Source: Candidatus Falkowbacteria bacterium UBA1359
GTDB taxonomy: Bacteria; Patescibacteriota; Patescibacteriia; Patescibacteriales; Patescibacteriaceae
Length of the DNA: 64,000 nt
Assembly (NCBI GenBank): GCA_002306385.1
Contig: DBRV01000003.1
Coordinates: forward strand, 861-64,860
Reading direction: 5' to 3'
Each line of letters begins with the position of its first letter. The first letter of the stretch is position 1. The notes beneath the pieces were generated by a model. It was given only the letters and a program-made list of their open reading frames with translations. It did not search any database and was not told the origin of the DNA. Positions 36,967 to 48,099 of this stretch are shown piece by piece. Made by a program: the position numbers and the translations under genes.

Positions 36967-37950
36967 ATGATCAATTATAAAAATATACTGAAGCAAACTT
37001 GGCAGATAACCATTAAAAATCGATGGTTATGGGTAATGGGTTTATTTGCTGCTTTGCTTAGTAATGTCAATCAATATACCAGTTTATTAAATGCTTTTGA
37101 TGGAAGTGGCTGGTCTAGATTTTTGAACTCTCTTTCTGTTTATTGGAATTATGGTTTATCTTTGATTAATATTTCCTCTCATAATCCTTTACTTTTATTA
37201 CTGTGTTTATTAGCTTTAGTATTAATTATTGGTTTATTGTTTCTTGCTGTTAATAGTCAGATTGTATTAGTCCAGAAAATACAGCATAGTATAAAATCTG
37301 AAGGGAAGAAGTCCCTACCTCTTCCCCGGGTAAGTTTTTGGCAACAGATCAAAAATAATTGGCCAATTTTTTGGCCGACAGTAGGTATTATTGTTACTGT
37401 TAAATTAATTCTATTATTTGGATTATTGATAATAAGTTTAGGCATGACAGGAGCTTATTTAATTAGACAGCCAATTATCAGCGTTTTTGTTTATATTGTA
37501 TTAGTTTTACTATTCCTGGTTTTAATTTGGTTAATAGGTACCTGGGGCTTTTATTGGCTTCTACTCTTTTTGTCTGACAAGAAAAGTGATTGGTTGGCTT
37601 CAGCCAAGGAGGCTTGGCATATACTCTGTGAAAATTTATTGGCCAGCTTAGGGATTTTTATTATTGTAGTTTTAATCAATTTAGTAGTTTATTTGTTGTG
37701 GATTTTTATTATGGGTCTATTAGCTATACCTTATTCACTTTTGTCTTTACTCTTAATAAGATACCTATCATTTAGCGAAGTGCCACTTATTATTATTGCC
37801 CAGATTTTATTAATAGCCGGTTTAATGTTTGTTGTGGGCATAGTGACTGTGTTTGAATATAGTTTATGGCTTAGTTTTATAGACAAATTGCCCAATAAAA
37901 GTAACAAAAATATTATCAGAAGAGTTAGTCACGCTTTTCATCGCCAGTAA
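36967..37950 (+). CDS. Hypothetical polytopic membrane protein
   Basis: 327 aa, multiple TM segments. Confidence 0.75.
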   Translation: MINYKNILKQTWQITIKNRWLWVMGLFAALLSNVNQYTSLLNAFDGSGWSRFLNSLSVYWNYGLSLINISSHNPLLLLLCLLALVLIIGLLFLAVNSQIVLVQKIQHSIKSEGKKSLPLPRVSFWQQIKNNWPIFWPTVGIIVTVKLILLFGLLIISLGMTGAYLIRQPIISVFVYIVLVLLFLVLIWLIGTWGFYWLLLFLSDKKSDWLASAKEAWHILCENLLASLGIFIIVVLINLVVYLLWIFIMGLLAIPYSLLSLLLIRYLSFSEVPLIIIAQILLIAGLMFVVGIVTVFEYSLWLSFIDKLPNKSNKNIIRRVSHAFHRQ

Positions 37951-37962
37951 GTATAATTAAAA

Positions 37963-38010
37963 TTTATATCTATAAAAACCCACTAAAATGTGGGTTTTTA
38001 TAGATATAAA
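37963..38010. terminator. Perfect 21-bp inverted repeat (probable terminator) before the infB promoter
   Basis: TTTATATCTATAAAAACCCAC-taaaat-GTGGGTTTTTATAGATATAAA. Confidence 0.8.
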
Positions 38011-38083
38011 CGTTGACTTCTAAGGAAAAATATTATAAAGTAAGGACAAAATAAATTTTTCCTAAAGGATTATAATCATTTTT

Positions 38084-40051
38084 ATGAATATTACAGAATT
38101 AGCACGTCGCCTTAGGGTTTCACCTCAAGAGTTAAGAGATACGTTGCCTAAGATTGGTTTTGATATTGGTCAAAAGGCTATTAAGATAGATCAATATTTG
38201 GCTCAACGTATTATTAGGGAATGGCCACGACTGACTCGTGACTTAAAAAATCGTGAGGAGCGAGAGCGACAACAAGAAGAAGCAGTAGCCACAGCTCGAG
38301 CTGAAAGGCGAGTAGTTAAAATAGGTCCAGTCATCACCGTTAAAGACCTGGCCAATGTTTTTGGTTTGCCAGTAAATCGTATTTTGACTGAATTAATGCA
38401 GAATGGAATATTTGCCTCACTTAACGAGAAGATAGATTTTGATACAGCAACTATTATTGGTAGTGAATTAGGAATAGGAGTAGTGGCTTCTGAAGAAGAA
38501 GCGATGGATAATGATATTAATGAATTAAAAGAAGCAGAAAATATATCTGGTTCTAATAATTTAATAGTTAGGCCACCAATTGTTGTGGTAATGGGTCATG
38601 TTGATCATGGAAAGACTCAATTATTAGATGCTATTCGTCATACTGATGTAGTAGCAACTGAGGCTGGAGGTATTACTCAACATATTGGAGCGTATCAGAT
38701 TAGTCGTAAAGATAAGGAGGTTACTTTTGTAGATACTCCAGGCCATGAAGCTTTTACCGCTATGCGTAAACGAGGAGCTAAAGTGGCTGATTTAGCTATT
38801 TTAGTAATAGCAGCTGATGATGGAATTAAGCCGCAGACTATTGAAGCTTATCGAATTATTAAAGAGGCTAAGATTCCTTTTGTAGTCGCTATAAACAAAA
38901 TTGATAAACCAGAGGCTAATGTTGACAGAGTGAAGCAGGAGCTAGCTAATGAACTTGGCCTTGTACCCGAGGAGTGGGGTGGTAAGGCAATTATTTGTTC
39001 AGTTTCAGCTAGATATGGCCAGGGAATAGATGAGCTTTTGGATACTATTTTATTGTTAGCTGATTTGAACGCCGAGGCTCGATTAGCTGATCCTCTAGCT
39101 AAGGCAGTGGGGACTATTATTGAGTCTCATATAGATAAAGGGGAGGGGCCAGTAGCTACCGTTTTAGTCCATAATGGGACTTTAAAGATTGGCGATAATC
39201 TGATGTGCAATCAACAATATTATGGTAAGGTACGTGCTTTAAAAGATTATCGTGGTCAGTTAATCCAAGAAGCTGGTCCATCTACTCCAGTAAAGGTTAT
39301 TGGCCTTAGGGCAACACCAGAAATTGGTGATATAGTAAGGGTAGAATCTGTAGAACATAGAAATAAAACCAAAATAATTGCCAAACAAGAAAATCAAGCC
39401 ATCATTACTAAAGTGCAGGATGATAATTCTTTTAAAGGGACCCCAATTAATTTAGTGATAAAAACTGATGTTTATGGTAGTGGCGAGGCCATTGAGGAGT
39501 CTCTTTTAAAGTTAAATAATGAAGAGGTAGCCGTTCGAATTATTTATCGTGGGCTAGGAAATATTACCGAAGGAGATGTTGTCAGGGCTGCAGCTAATCA
39601 GGCTAAGGTTATTGGTTTTAATGTTGGAGTAAATGCCCAAGTTGAAGATTTAGCTAGAGACAAGGGGGTACTTATTGAAAGATATCAAATTATTTATGAT
39701 TTGATAGATAAGGTTAGACAAGATATGCAGGCCCTAATGAAGCCAGAGATTAAACGAATAAATTTAGGGCAGGTTAAAGTGTTGGCAATTTTTAAACAAG
39801 AAGGAATGACTCAAATAGTAGGAGGCAAAGTCATAGAGGGCACTATTCGGGCCGATAGTCTATTGGAAGTTGTCCGGGGTGGGGAGGTTATTGGTCAAGG
39901 TAAATTAGTCCATTTGCAAGCCGGGCGGCAAGAGGTTAAAGAGGTTGTTACTGACCAAGAATGTGGTCTTCAGATAGAAAGCTTGGAAGTGCTTAAAGTA
40001 GGAGATATTTTACGGATTTATCGTGAAGATGAGGTTTTTAAAAAGATGTAA
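38084..40051 (+). CDS. infB: Translation initiation factor IF-2
   Basis: [30 protein letters not shown]. Confidence 0.98.
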   Translation: MNITELARRLRVSPQELRDTLPKIGFDIGQKAIKIDQYLAQRIIREWPRLTRDLKNREERERQQEEAVATARAERRVVKIGPVITVKDLANVFGLPVNRILTELMQNGIFASLNEKIDFDTATIIGSELGIGVVASEEEAMDNDINELKEAENISGSNNLIVRPPIVVVMGHVDHGKTQLLDAIRHTDVVATEAGGITQHIGAYQISRKDKEVTFVDTPGHEAFTAMRKRGAKVADLAILVIAADDGIKPQTIEAYRIIKEAKIPFVVAINKIDKPEANVDRVKQELANELGLVPEEWGGKAIICSVSARYGQGIDELLDTILLLADLNAEARLADPLAKAVGTIIESHIDKGEGPVATVLVHNGTLKIGDNLMCNQQYYGKVRALKDYRGQLIQEAGPSTPVKVIGLRATPEIGDIVRVESVEHRNKTKIIAKQENQAIITKVQDDNSFKGTPINLVIKTDVYGSGEAIEESLLKLNNEEVAVRIIYRGLGNITEGDVVRAAANQAKVIGFNVGVNAQVEDLARDKGVLIERYQIIYDLIDKVRQDMQALMKPEIKRINLGQVKVLAIFKQEGMTQIVGGKVIEGTIRADSLLEVVRGGEVIGQGKLVHLQAGRQEVKEVVTDQECGLQIESLEVLKVGDILRIYREDEVFKKM

Positions 40052-40054
40052 TTT

Positions 40055-40387
40055 ATGATTCATAATTTTAAACGCGCCAATAAAACCCTGCAACGAGAGA
40101 TAGCCGATTTAGTTAATAAATTAATAGAATTTCCCGGAGGTTTATTATCTATTACTTATACCAGTTTAAATGCTGATTGTTTAGAAATGAAAGTTGGAGT
40201 ATCTGTACTTCCAATTAATTTGCGTGGTACAGCCTTAAGGAAATTAAGAAAGAAGTCGGCAGAAATTGCTAAATTTTTAGCTAAAAAATATCAATTGCCA
40301 CGAATACCTAGAATTATTTGGTTAATTGATGATTCGGCTGAAGAGGCGGACCATCTTAATTATTTAATCAATAAATTATCAAGCTGA
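40055..40387 (+). CDS. rbfA: Ribosome-binding factor A (divergent)
   Basis: Size, position after infB, RIPRIIWLIDDS motif. Confidence 0.85.
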   Translation: MIHNFKRANKTLQREIADLVNKLIEFPGGLLSITYTSLNADCLEMKVGVSVLPINLRGTALRKLRKKSAEIAKFLAKKYQLPRIPRIIWLIDDSAEEADHLNYLINKLSS

Positions 40388-40393
40388 TTTTAT

Positions 40394-41359
40394 ATGGATA
40401 AAGTGGAAGCTCTTAAGGCCTGGTCGTTAATGCGTGAAGCCAAAAATTGGCTTATAGCTACTCATTTTAATCCAGACGGTGATGCCCTGGGGTCAGTTAA
40501 TACATTTTTAGAGCTAGCTGCCGCTATGAATAAGCCAGTAATGGCTTATTGTGCTAGTGCTCCTGATGACAAGTTTGGGTTTTTATCCAGAATTAACCAG
40601 TTAGCAAACAAGATAACTAAAGAGCAATTTGATGAATTCGACCTCATTATTACAGTAGATTGTGCCACAGCTAGCCGTAGTAAATTAAAAGAGTGGTTAT
40701 TTAGTCGCTCTGCTAATCAAATAGTTATTGAATTTGACCACCACGAGCGACAAGAAGATTATGCCGATATAAGTTTTAAGGAAAGTGGGGCGGCTGCTAC
40801 AGTAGAGATAATTTATAATTTTCTGTTAGCTAATGACTGGCCTATTAATGCGGAAATGGCCAAATCAATTCTGACTGGCCTATTAACCGACACTGGTAAT
40901 TTTTTATATTCTAATACTAACGATAAAATTGCTAAAATAGCGGCTAAAATGATGTTAATAGGGGCAAGGTTGCCTAAAATTGTAAGGCAGACTGTAACTA
41001 ATAAAAATTTAGCAGTTATGCATTTATGGGGTTTAGTTTTAAGTCGTCTTAAAATTAATTATGAATATTTAGTAGCCATAGCTACAGTAAAACAAAAAGA
41101 ACTATCTGAGTTTGGTTTAGGCGTTGATGATCTTACTGGTCTTACTGGTCTTATGAGTGGTCTCCAAGGAGTTAATGGTAGTTTATTATTAATAGAAACT
41201 GAGAATGGTCAAATTAAAGGAAGTTTGAGGTCTCATTTAACTAATATTGATATGTCCGAGCTGGCAAATTTTCTAGGAGGCGGTGGGCATCGTCAGGCTG
41301 CTGGTTTTTGCGTTAATGGTTCACTGGTGGAGGGAGGGGGACAAGTAATAGTATCATAG
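40394..41359 (+). CDS. nrnA: DHH/DHHA1 phosphoesterase (NrnA-like)
   Basis: HFNPDGDA, VDC, DHH, TDTGNF, SLRS, GGGGH..AAG. Confidence 0.92.
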   Translation: MDKVEALKAWSLMREAKNWLIATHFNPDGDALGSVNTFLELAAAMNKPVMAYCASAPDDKFGFLSRINQLANKITKEQFDEFDLIITVDCATASRSKLKEWLFSRSANQIVIEFDHHERQEDYADISFKESGAAATVEIIYNFLLANDWPINAEMAKSILTGLLTDTGNFLYSNTNDKIAKIAAKMMLIGARLPKIVRQTVTNKNLAVMHLWGLVLSRLKINYEYLVAIATVKQKELSEFGLGVDDLTGLTGLMSGLQGVNGSLLLIETENGQIKGSLRSHLTNIDMSELANFLGGGGHRQAAGFCVNGSLVEGGGQVIVS

Positions 41360-41418
41360 CTAATCTTTATTTATTGTGTTATACTTTTTATAAGTTAATT
41401 AATTTAAGCTATAAAAAT

Positions 41419-41664
41419 ATGGACAACATTATTAAAATTGTTAACAAAAAAATTAGGCAGATAGTTATTAGTTTAACTGTGGTTGGCATTCTGCTATTGA
41501 TTCTTAGTTTTTTAACAGTTTGGACTACCTTTATGGCCAAATTAGTTATGGGGATGGTAATTCTGCTATTGGCTTATGCCTTTTTATCCACAGCTTATAG
41601 ATTGTGGAAAATTCAGCAAGACATCAAAGATGTGTGGCAGATTAAAGATACAAAGATTAAATAA
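41419..41664 (+). CDS. Small 2-TM hypothetical protein
   Basis: ATG at 41419; two hydrophobic helices. Confidence 0.7.
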   Translation: MDNIIKIVNKKIRQIVISLTVVGILLLILSFLTVWTTFMAKLVMGMVILLLAYAFLSTAYRLWKIQQDIKDVWQIKDTKIK

Positions 41665-41671
41665 TTAGCTT

Positions 41672-42166
41672 ATGCCCAAAAGTAAGAAGTTCCCACGATG
41701 GATTTGGTTAGTAATTGCAATAATTATTATTGGTGGAATATTAATTTGGGTTATGAAAAATAGATCAGTACCCAATATGGATGAGTTAGGGCGAGATAAT
41801 TTATATCATTATAGAAATGAGGAGCTGGGATTTAGTTTGGATCTACCGCCAGAATTTATATATTATCAAGTAGAAAGATTTAATGCGGCTGATTATACTG
41901 AAATTAGATTTTTTGTACCAACTAGTGATCCAAACTATGTTTACGAGGTTGTTCCTAGTTATGCCAAGCCAATAGTTATTAGAGTTTATTCTGAAGCTGC
42001 TTGGAATCAATTAGAAGATGATGATGAGGGGAAACAGGCTTTTGAAAAAAAGATGACTAAAAATGGTCGGGTGTATGTAATCCAATTTTGGGACCACCAG
42101 CCAAGTGATTGGCAAGATAAATGGAGCGATGATATGAAGTCGGCCATAAGTGAATCTTTAAGATAG
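41672..42166 (+). CDS. Hypothetical membrane-anchored exported protein
   Basis: N-terminal TM followed by a YRNEELGFSLDLP motif. Confidence 0.75.
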   Translation: MPKSKKFPRWIWLVIAIIIIGGILIWVMKNRSVPNMDELGRDNLYHYRNEELGFSLDLPPEFIYYQVERFNAADYTEIRFFVPTSDPNYVYEVVPSYAKPIVIRVYSEAAWNQLEDDDEGKQAFEKKMTKNGRVYVIQFWDHQPSDWQDKWSDDMKSAISESLR

Positions 42167-42171
42167 CTATT

Positions 42172-42199
42172 AATATACCCGCTTTAAAGCGGGTATATT
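42172..42199. terminator. Perfect 28-bp palindrome, probable terminator
   Basis: AATATACCCGCTTT|AAAGCGGGTATATT followed by T-rich sequence. Confidence 0.75.
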
Positions 42200-42238
42200 T
42201 TATTGCTTAAAATAAGAGAAATCAATTATAATATTAAT

Positions 42239-44902
42239 ATGCCGAGTGCGGATAAAAAATTAGTAGTTGTTGATGGGAATGCCGTTACCTATAGGTCATT
42301 TTATGCTATTCAGTCGGGGCTTTCTTCTAATAATCAGCCGACTAATGCTGTCTATGGTTTTTTTAGCGTTTTATTTAAGGTTATTAATGAGTTATCGCCA
42401 GATTATTTAGTGGTAGCTTTTGATAGACCTGAGCCAACTTTTCGTCATGAGTTATCTGTTGATTATAAAGCTAAAAGAATCAAGCAGCCCGAGGAGTTAT
42501 ATAGTCAGATTCCAATAATTAAAGAGCTGCTTACGGCCATCAATGTTCCTATTATTGAATTAGCTGGTTATGAGGCTGATGATATTATTGGAACAATTGT
42601 GAGTCATACGCCTAAAAGTATTCATAATTATATTGTCACTGGTGATAAAGATGCCTTTCAACTAGTTAACGATCATGTTAGTGTTTATTGGTTACAGCGA
42701 GGTTTGCAAAAGACGGTCATTTTAGACAGGGAAGGAGTAAAAAGAATTTTGGGCCTTGAGCCAGAACAGGTAGTAGATTATAAATCTTTACGTGGAGATG
42801 CTAGTGATAATATTATGGGAGTACCTGGTATTGGTGACAAGACAGCGGTTAGCCTTCTACAGTCATTTGGTAGCCTAGATAATATTCAAACCGCTGTAGC
42901 TGCTGGCGACAACATTAAGATAAAACCACGTTGGCGTCAACTTATTCTGGCTAATCAAGAAAGCCTAGACTTAAGCCAAAAGTTGGCCAGTATTAATTCT
43001 AATGTACCAATTAAATTTTCATTGAAAGAAGCTAAATTTACTGGTTTTGATTTTATTTTAGCTCGTCAAGCCTTTTTAAAATGGCAACTTAACAGTCTTA
43101 TTCCTAGACTAGAAAAATTATCCCACTATTCTAAAAGTAGGCCGGCAGTTTTCGCAATTAGTCAATCAAGGATAATAGAAATTAATAATGTCAATGAATC
43201 AACCAACCTAGCTCATTCTTGGACCGGAAAAACCTTAGCTCTTCGTCCAGCATTTGATGGCAAGCGGATAACTAGTTTAATGCTGGCCGGTCAGAATGAG
43301 ATTTATCAGTTAGTTATAGGTAAAGAAATTCAAGGTGAGCTATTTACCCCTTCCACATCTAGGAATCCAATTTTAGAACCATGGAGAACAATTTTAGAGG
43401 ATAAAAATACTAAAAAAATTATCTTTCAAGCCAAAGAAGTTATTAAATTTTTATTAACTCAGGAAATTGTTTTAGAAGGCCTAAGCGGTGATCCCCTACT
43501 AGCTAATTATCTTTTACATCCCGGAGAGCGACAGATTAGCCTTATGGATATTGGTCGGCAGGTCGGTTTTGAGTGGGGAGAAAAAAGCGGTAGCCCCAAA
43601 GATGCTGCTTTTGGGGTTTTACAAATTATGGATATCCATGAGGCCTTGATAAAAGAATTAACTGATACTTACTTATTAAAAGTATATAATGAAATTGAGA
43701 TTCCGCTTATTACTGTTTTAGCTAAAATGGAGCTAGCTGGTATTAAAATTAATCAAGAGGTGTTAACCAATCTAGCTCAAAAATGGCAAGACAGCTTAAA
43801 TCGTTTATCTCAAGAAATTTATAATCAGGCTGGTGAAGAGTTTAATATTAATTCTCCTAAGCAACTTCAGGATATTTTATTTAAGAAGTTGGCACTTAAT
43901 TCAAAGGGGCTAGATAAAACAAAAAATGGTCCCTCTACTGATGCCGATAATTTACAAAAGATTAAAGACCAGCACCCCATAGTTTCTTTACTTTTAGAGT
44001 ATCGAGAAATTAGTAAGTTATTAAATACTTATGCTTTGGCTTTGCCTAAGCTTATTAGTACTAAAGATGGACGACTAAGGGCTAATTTTCATCAAGCCAT
44101 AACTGCTACTGGCCGTCTATCTTCGAGTGATCCTAATCTGCAGAATATTCCTATCCGTACTGAGATGGGAAGAAAATTACGTCAAGCTTTTGTGCCCGAG
44201 CAAGGCTATAAACTAATTAGTTTTGATTATTCTCAAATAGAGTTAAGAATAATAGCTAGCTTAGCCCACGAAGATAGCATGATTGCTAACTTCTTGGCGG
44301 GTCATGACATCCATGCCGTGACAGCGGCTAAAATTAATGGGATTCCATTAGAAGATGTTACCGAAAAACAACGTCGAGCCGCTAAAGCTGTTAATTTTGG
44401 TATTTTATATGGTCAAGGACCACATGGGCTGTCTAGAGCCACTGGTCTTAGTTATGGAGCAGCTAAAGATTTTATTGAACAATATTTTACTATTTATCCT
44501 CAGATTCATAAGTATATTAATGAATTATTAATAAAAGCACGTCAGGATGGATTTGTTACTACCTTTTGGGGCCGTCGGCGATATTTGCCAGACCTATTAA
44601 GTCCTAATCCAACCCTAAGGCGAGCTGCTGAGAGAATGGCTATTAATTTTCCAGTTCAAGGTACTGCTGCTGATATTATGAAAGCAGCCATGATTAATGT
44701 AGATCATTGGCTAGAAGATAATTTCGCCTGGGTTCAGGCTAGAATAGTATTGCAAATTCACGATGAAATTTTAATTGAAGCCTCTGAGGAGTTAGTAGAT
44801 AAAATTACTGCTGCTGTGCCACCCTTAATGACAGAAATAATTGCCTTACCGGTACCATTAGTAGTTAGTACTAAGGTAGGTAATAGTTGGGCTGAATTAT
44901 AA
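42239..44902 (+). CDS. polA: DNA polymerase I
   Basis: 5'-3' exonuclease (DGNA, EADD, GDKD), TGRLSSSDPNLQNIP, DYSQIELR, KAVNFGILYG, QIHDE; start 42239. Confidence 0.98.
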   Translation: MPSADKKLVVVDGNAVTYRSFYAIQSGLSSNNQPTNAVYGFFSVLFKVINELSPDYLVVAFDRPEPTFRHELSVDYKAKRIKQPEELYSQIPIIKELLTAINVPIIELAGYEADDIIGTIVSHTPKSIHNYIVTGDKDAFQLVNDHVSVYWLQRGLQKTVILDREGVKRILGLEPEQVVDYKSLRGDASDNIMGVPGIGDKTAVSLLQSFGSLDNIQTAVAAGDNIKIKPRWRQLILANQESLDLSQKLASINSNVPIKFSLKEAKFTGFDFILARQAFLKWQLNSLIPRLEKLSHYSKSRPAVFAISQSRIIEINNVNESTNLAHSWTGKTLALRPAFDGKRITSLMLAGQNEIYQLVIGKEIQGELFTPSTSRNPILEPWRTILEDKNTKKIIFQAKEVIKFLLTQEIVLEGLSGDPLLANYLLHPGERQISLMDIGRQVGFEWGEKSGSPKDAAFGVLQIMDIHEALIKELTDTYLLKVYNEIEIPLITVLAKMELAGIKINQEVLTNLAQKWQDSLNRLSQEIYNQAGEEFNINSPKQLQDILFKKLALNSKGLDKTKNGPSTDADNLQKIKDQHPIVSLLLEYREISKLLNTYALALPKLISTKDGRLRANFHQAITATGRLSSSDPNLQNIPIRTEMGRKLRQAFVPEQGYKLISFDYSQIELRIIASLAHEDSMIANFLAGHDIHAVTAAKINGIPLEDVTEKQRRAAKAVNFGILYGQGPHGLSRATGLSYGAAKDFIEQYFTIYPQIHKYINELLIKARQDGFVTTFWGRRRYLPDLLSPNPTLRRAAERMAINFPVQGTAADIMKAAMINVDHWLEDNFAWVQARIVLQIHDEILIEASEELVDKITAAVPPLMTEIIALPVPLVVSTKVGNSWAEL

Positions 44903-44904
44903 GT

Positions 44905-46230
44905 ATGATTAATTTGAAGGATTATTCCAATAAAAAAATAGCAGTTTTAGGGCTAGGAACAGAAAATGAAGCACTCATCCTATGGTTAGCTAGGCAGAGC
45001 TTACCATTAGACTTATCTATTTATGACCGGCGTGAAGCAACTTTATTAGGAGATAAATCAGAAAAAATTAATCATTTAGCTAGTAATTTATCCATAAAGT
45101 GGCAATTAGGCCGTAAATCATATAGGTCATTGAATGATTATGATGAACTTTGGCGTTCACCGGGCTGGCCCATTTTTTGTCCCCAGGTTCAAGAAGCTAT
45201 ACGGCATGGTTCTTATTTAAACAGTCCAATGAATTTATTTTTTGAGTTTTGTCCTACTAAGAACATCATTGGAGTTACCGGTAGCAAGGGGAAGGGGACA
45301 ACTGCTAGCTTAATTTATGACATTTTAAAGTTAGCTGGTTGGCCAGTCTTTTTAGGGGGTAATATTGGTGTACCGCCATTTGCCTTTTTTGATCAACTAA
45401 ATAAGGATTCATGGGTGGTTTTGGAGTTGTCTAGTTTTCAGCTAGAGGATTTAAGATTTAGTCCCCATATTGCTGTTATTACCAATCTTTATAAAGAACA
45501 TTTAGCGCCCGCTGATCCAGTTAATCCTAATTATCATAAGAGTTTTGATGATTATTGGCTAGCGAAAGAACATATTTTTTTACATCAAACTTCTAGCGAT
45601 TGGTTAGTCATTAATAAAAAATTATCTAATTTATTAGACAAGAAGCTTTGTCCAGGGAAAATTAAGTGGTTTGGACGACTGACTTGGCCTAGTAAATTGA
45701 TAGGGGAACATAATCAAGAAAATGTTGCTGCTGCTTGGGCAGCGACAAAAATAGTTAATGTGCCATTAAAAATTGCTAAGGAGGCGGTAGCTAATTTCAA
45801 GGGACTAGAACATCGTTTGGAGTTTGTGGGGGAGAAAAATGGAGTTCGTTATTATGATGATAGCTTTGCTACTAATCCAGATTCTACCATAATAGCTATT
45901 AAATCTTTTAGAGAGCCAATTATTTTGTTAGCTGGTGGAGCTGACAAGGGCAATGATTTTACTTCTTTAGCTAAGGTGATTATTAGCCAGCAAGTTAAAG
46001 TGGTCATTTTATTTGAGGGAGAGGCTTCACCTCGTTTTAAGGATAGTTTGTTGTCAGCTGGTTATCCGCCACAGCAAATATTGTCAGCCAGTAGTATGAC
46101 TGAGGCCATGAATTTAGCTAAAAAATATGCACAAGCAGGCGATATTGTATTATTATCGCCTGCTTGTGCTAGTTTTGGCTTATTTAAGAATTATAAAGAA
46201 AGAGGTAATTTATTTAAGCAAGCGGTTTAG
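44905..46230 (+). CDS. murD: UDP-N-acetylmuramoyl-L-alanine--D-glutamate ligase
   Basis: GVTGSKGKGTT, GGNIG, LELSSFQL, HRLE, DDSFATN, LSPACASF. Confidence 0.96.
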   Translation: MINLKDYSNKKIAVLGLGTENEALILWLARQSLPLDLSIYDRREATLLGDKSEKINHLASNLSIKWQLGRKSYRSLNDYDELWRSPGWPIFCPQVQEAIRHGSYLNSPMNLFFEFCPTKNIIGVTGSKGKGTTASLIYDILKLAGWPVFLGGNIGVPPFAFFDQLNKDSWVVLELSSFQLEDLRFSPHIAVITNLYKEHLAPADPVNPNYHKSFDDYWLAKEHIFLHQTSSDWLVINKKLSNLLDKKLCPGKIKWFGRLTWPSKLIGEHNQENVAAAWAATKIVNVPLKIAKEAVANFKGLEHRLEFVGEKNGVRYYDDSFATNPDSTIIAIKSFREPIILLAGGADKGNDFTSLAKVIISQQVKVVILFEGEASPRFKDSLLSAGYPPQQILSASSMTEAMNLAKKYAQAGDIVLLSPACASFGLFKNYKERGNLFKQAV

Positions 46231-48037
46231 GCCCAACCATTGCTTCAAATGCATCTTTCTCAATCGTTTCTTTGGTGATGAGTTCATGACTGATGGTCTC
46301 TAATTCTTGACGATGGTTATTAATTATCTCTTCAGCCATTGTGCGGGCTTGATGGATAAAATTATTAATTTCTTGGTCAATTTGTTCGGCTACTTTTTCA
46401 CTATAATCGCGTTGCTCGTGAATTTCCCGACCCAGAAAAATCATTTCTTCTTTTTCGCCAAAAGTTCGTGGGCCTAATTTTTCACTCATACCAAAGTCAG
46501 TAACTAATCTTCTGGCTAGGCCAGTAGCTTGTCTGAGGTCAGAGGTTGCACCGGTAGTTACTTCGCCATAAACAATTTTTTCACTCAAATAGCCCCCCAA
46601 AAGCACAGCTATTTCTTCAATGAATTCTTGCTTACTTTGGAGATGCTTATCGCGTTCTGGCATTTTTAAAGTATAGCCACCAGCTTGTCCCCGGGCGACT
46701 ATTGATATTTTTTGTACCGGGTCAGTATGTGGCAAAAAATGAGCTACCAGGGCATGGCCTGCTTCATGGTAAGCGGTGATTTCTTTTTCTTTATCACTTA
46801 AGAGACGGCTTTTTCTTTCTGGACCCAGCATAACCTTTTCAATACTTACTAATAAATCTTCATTATCAATAACTTTTTTATTCTTTTTAGCGGCTAAGAT
46901 AGCTGCTTCATTGAGCACATTAGCTAAGTCAGCCCCACTAAAACCAGGAGTGCGTTGAGCTACTAAGTGGAGGTCAGCATCTTGGGCTAGTGGTTTATTA
47001 GTGGCATGTATCTTGAGGATTTCATAGCGATCTTTAATATCTGGTTCATCTAGAATAACTTGGCGGTCAAATCGCCCGGGTCTTAAAAGGGCCGGATCTA
47101 GGACATCGGGTCGATTAGTGGCAGCCATAACAATCACATTGGTATCAGCTTCAAAGCCATCCATTTCTACTAGAATTTGATTTAGGGTTTGCTCACGTTC
47201 ATCATGAGACCCCCCAAGACCGGCGCCGCGTCTACGACCAACAGCGTCAATCTCGTCAATAAAAACAATGCAGGGAGCACTCTTTTTAGCCTTTTTAAAT
47301 AGATCCCTAACTCGTGAGGCCCCAACTCCAACAAACATTTCGACAAATTCTGATCCAGATAAACTAAAAAATGGGACATTAGCTTCACCGGCCACAGCCC
47401 GAGCCAGTAAGGTTTTACCAGTTCCCGGTGAACCAAGCAGTAAAATACCTTTAGGAATTTTAGCTCCTAGGTCAGTAAATTTTTTAGGTTGCTTTAAAAA
47501 TTGTACCACCTCTCGTAATTCTTCTTTGGCCTCTTTTACTCCGCCTACATCTTTAAATGTAATTTTATTTTTGTGGCGGTCTATTTCTTTGGCAGTAGTT
47601 TGGCCAAAACTTAAAGCTCGGTTGTTAACCCCTTGCGCTGAGCGCATAATAAAATAAAATAAACCTGCAAAAACTAGAATAGGAATAAGAAGAGGTAGGA
47701 CAGTGGTAAGGAAAATGGTAGCAGTAGAGTCATTTTTTACCCTTATATTAACTGCCGTTATTTTTTCTGGACTTACCCCGTAGTTATGTAATAATTGGCT
47801 TAAACTCTCTCCTGGTTCTTTATCAGCAGTTTGCTCTCGGTTATCTTTCAAAACAATAGATAAATTATCACCCTTAACAGTAATGCTAGCAATTTCTTCA
47901 TTATTAATTTCTTGCACTAGTCTTTCTAGACCAATTTTTTCTACGGGCGTACTTTTACTAGAATATAAACTAAATAGATAACTAATTGTCAGAAAAATAA
48001 TTAAGACTAGAAAAAAATTTTTAAATAAATTTTTCAT
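46214..48037 (-). CDS. ftsH: ATP-dependent zinc metalloprotease FtsH
   Basis: Two TMs, [26 protein letters not shown]. Confidence 0.99.
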   Translation of the reverse strand: MKNLFKNFFLVLIIFLTISYLFSLYSSKSTPVEKIGLERLVQEINNEEIASITVKGDNLSIVLKDNREQTADKEPGESLSQLLHNYGVSPEKITAVNIRVKNDSTATIFLTTVLPLLIPILVFAGLFYFIMRSAQGVNNRALSFGQTTAKEIDRHKNKITFKDVGGVKEAKEELREVVQFLKQPKKFTDLGAKIPKGILLLGSPGTGKTLLARAVAGEANVPFFSLSGSEFVEMFVGVGASRVRDLFKKAKKSAPCIVFIDEIDAVGRRRGAGLGGSHDEREQTLNQILVEMDGFEADTNVIVMAATNRPDVLDPALLRPGRFDRQVILDEPDIKDRYEILKIHATNKPLAQDADLHLVAQRTPGFSGADLANVLNEAAILAAKKNKKVIDNEDLLVSIEKVMLGPERKSRLLSDKEKEITAYHEAGHALVAHFLPHTDPVQKISIVARGQAGGYTLKMPERDKHLQSKQEFIEEIAVLLGGYLSEKIVYGEVTTGATSDLRQATGLARRLVTDFGMSEKLGPRTFGEKEEMIFLGREIHEQRDYSEKVAEQIDQEINNFIHQARTMAEEIINNHRQELETISHELITKETIEKDAFEAMVGPKPLA

Positions 48038-48099
48038 AATTTAAAATTGTAATGATTATTTCAGTATAGTCTAATAACTACAGATTGACAATTTATCTA

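Noticed and set aside
41132..41165. Short tandem repeat CTTACTGGT in nrnA
   Set aside because: In-frame 9-nt duplication encoding LTGLTGL; too short to imply phase variation.
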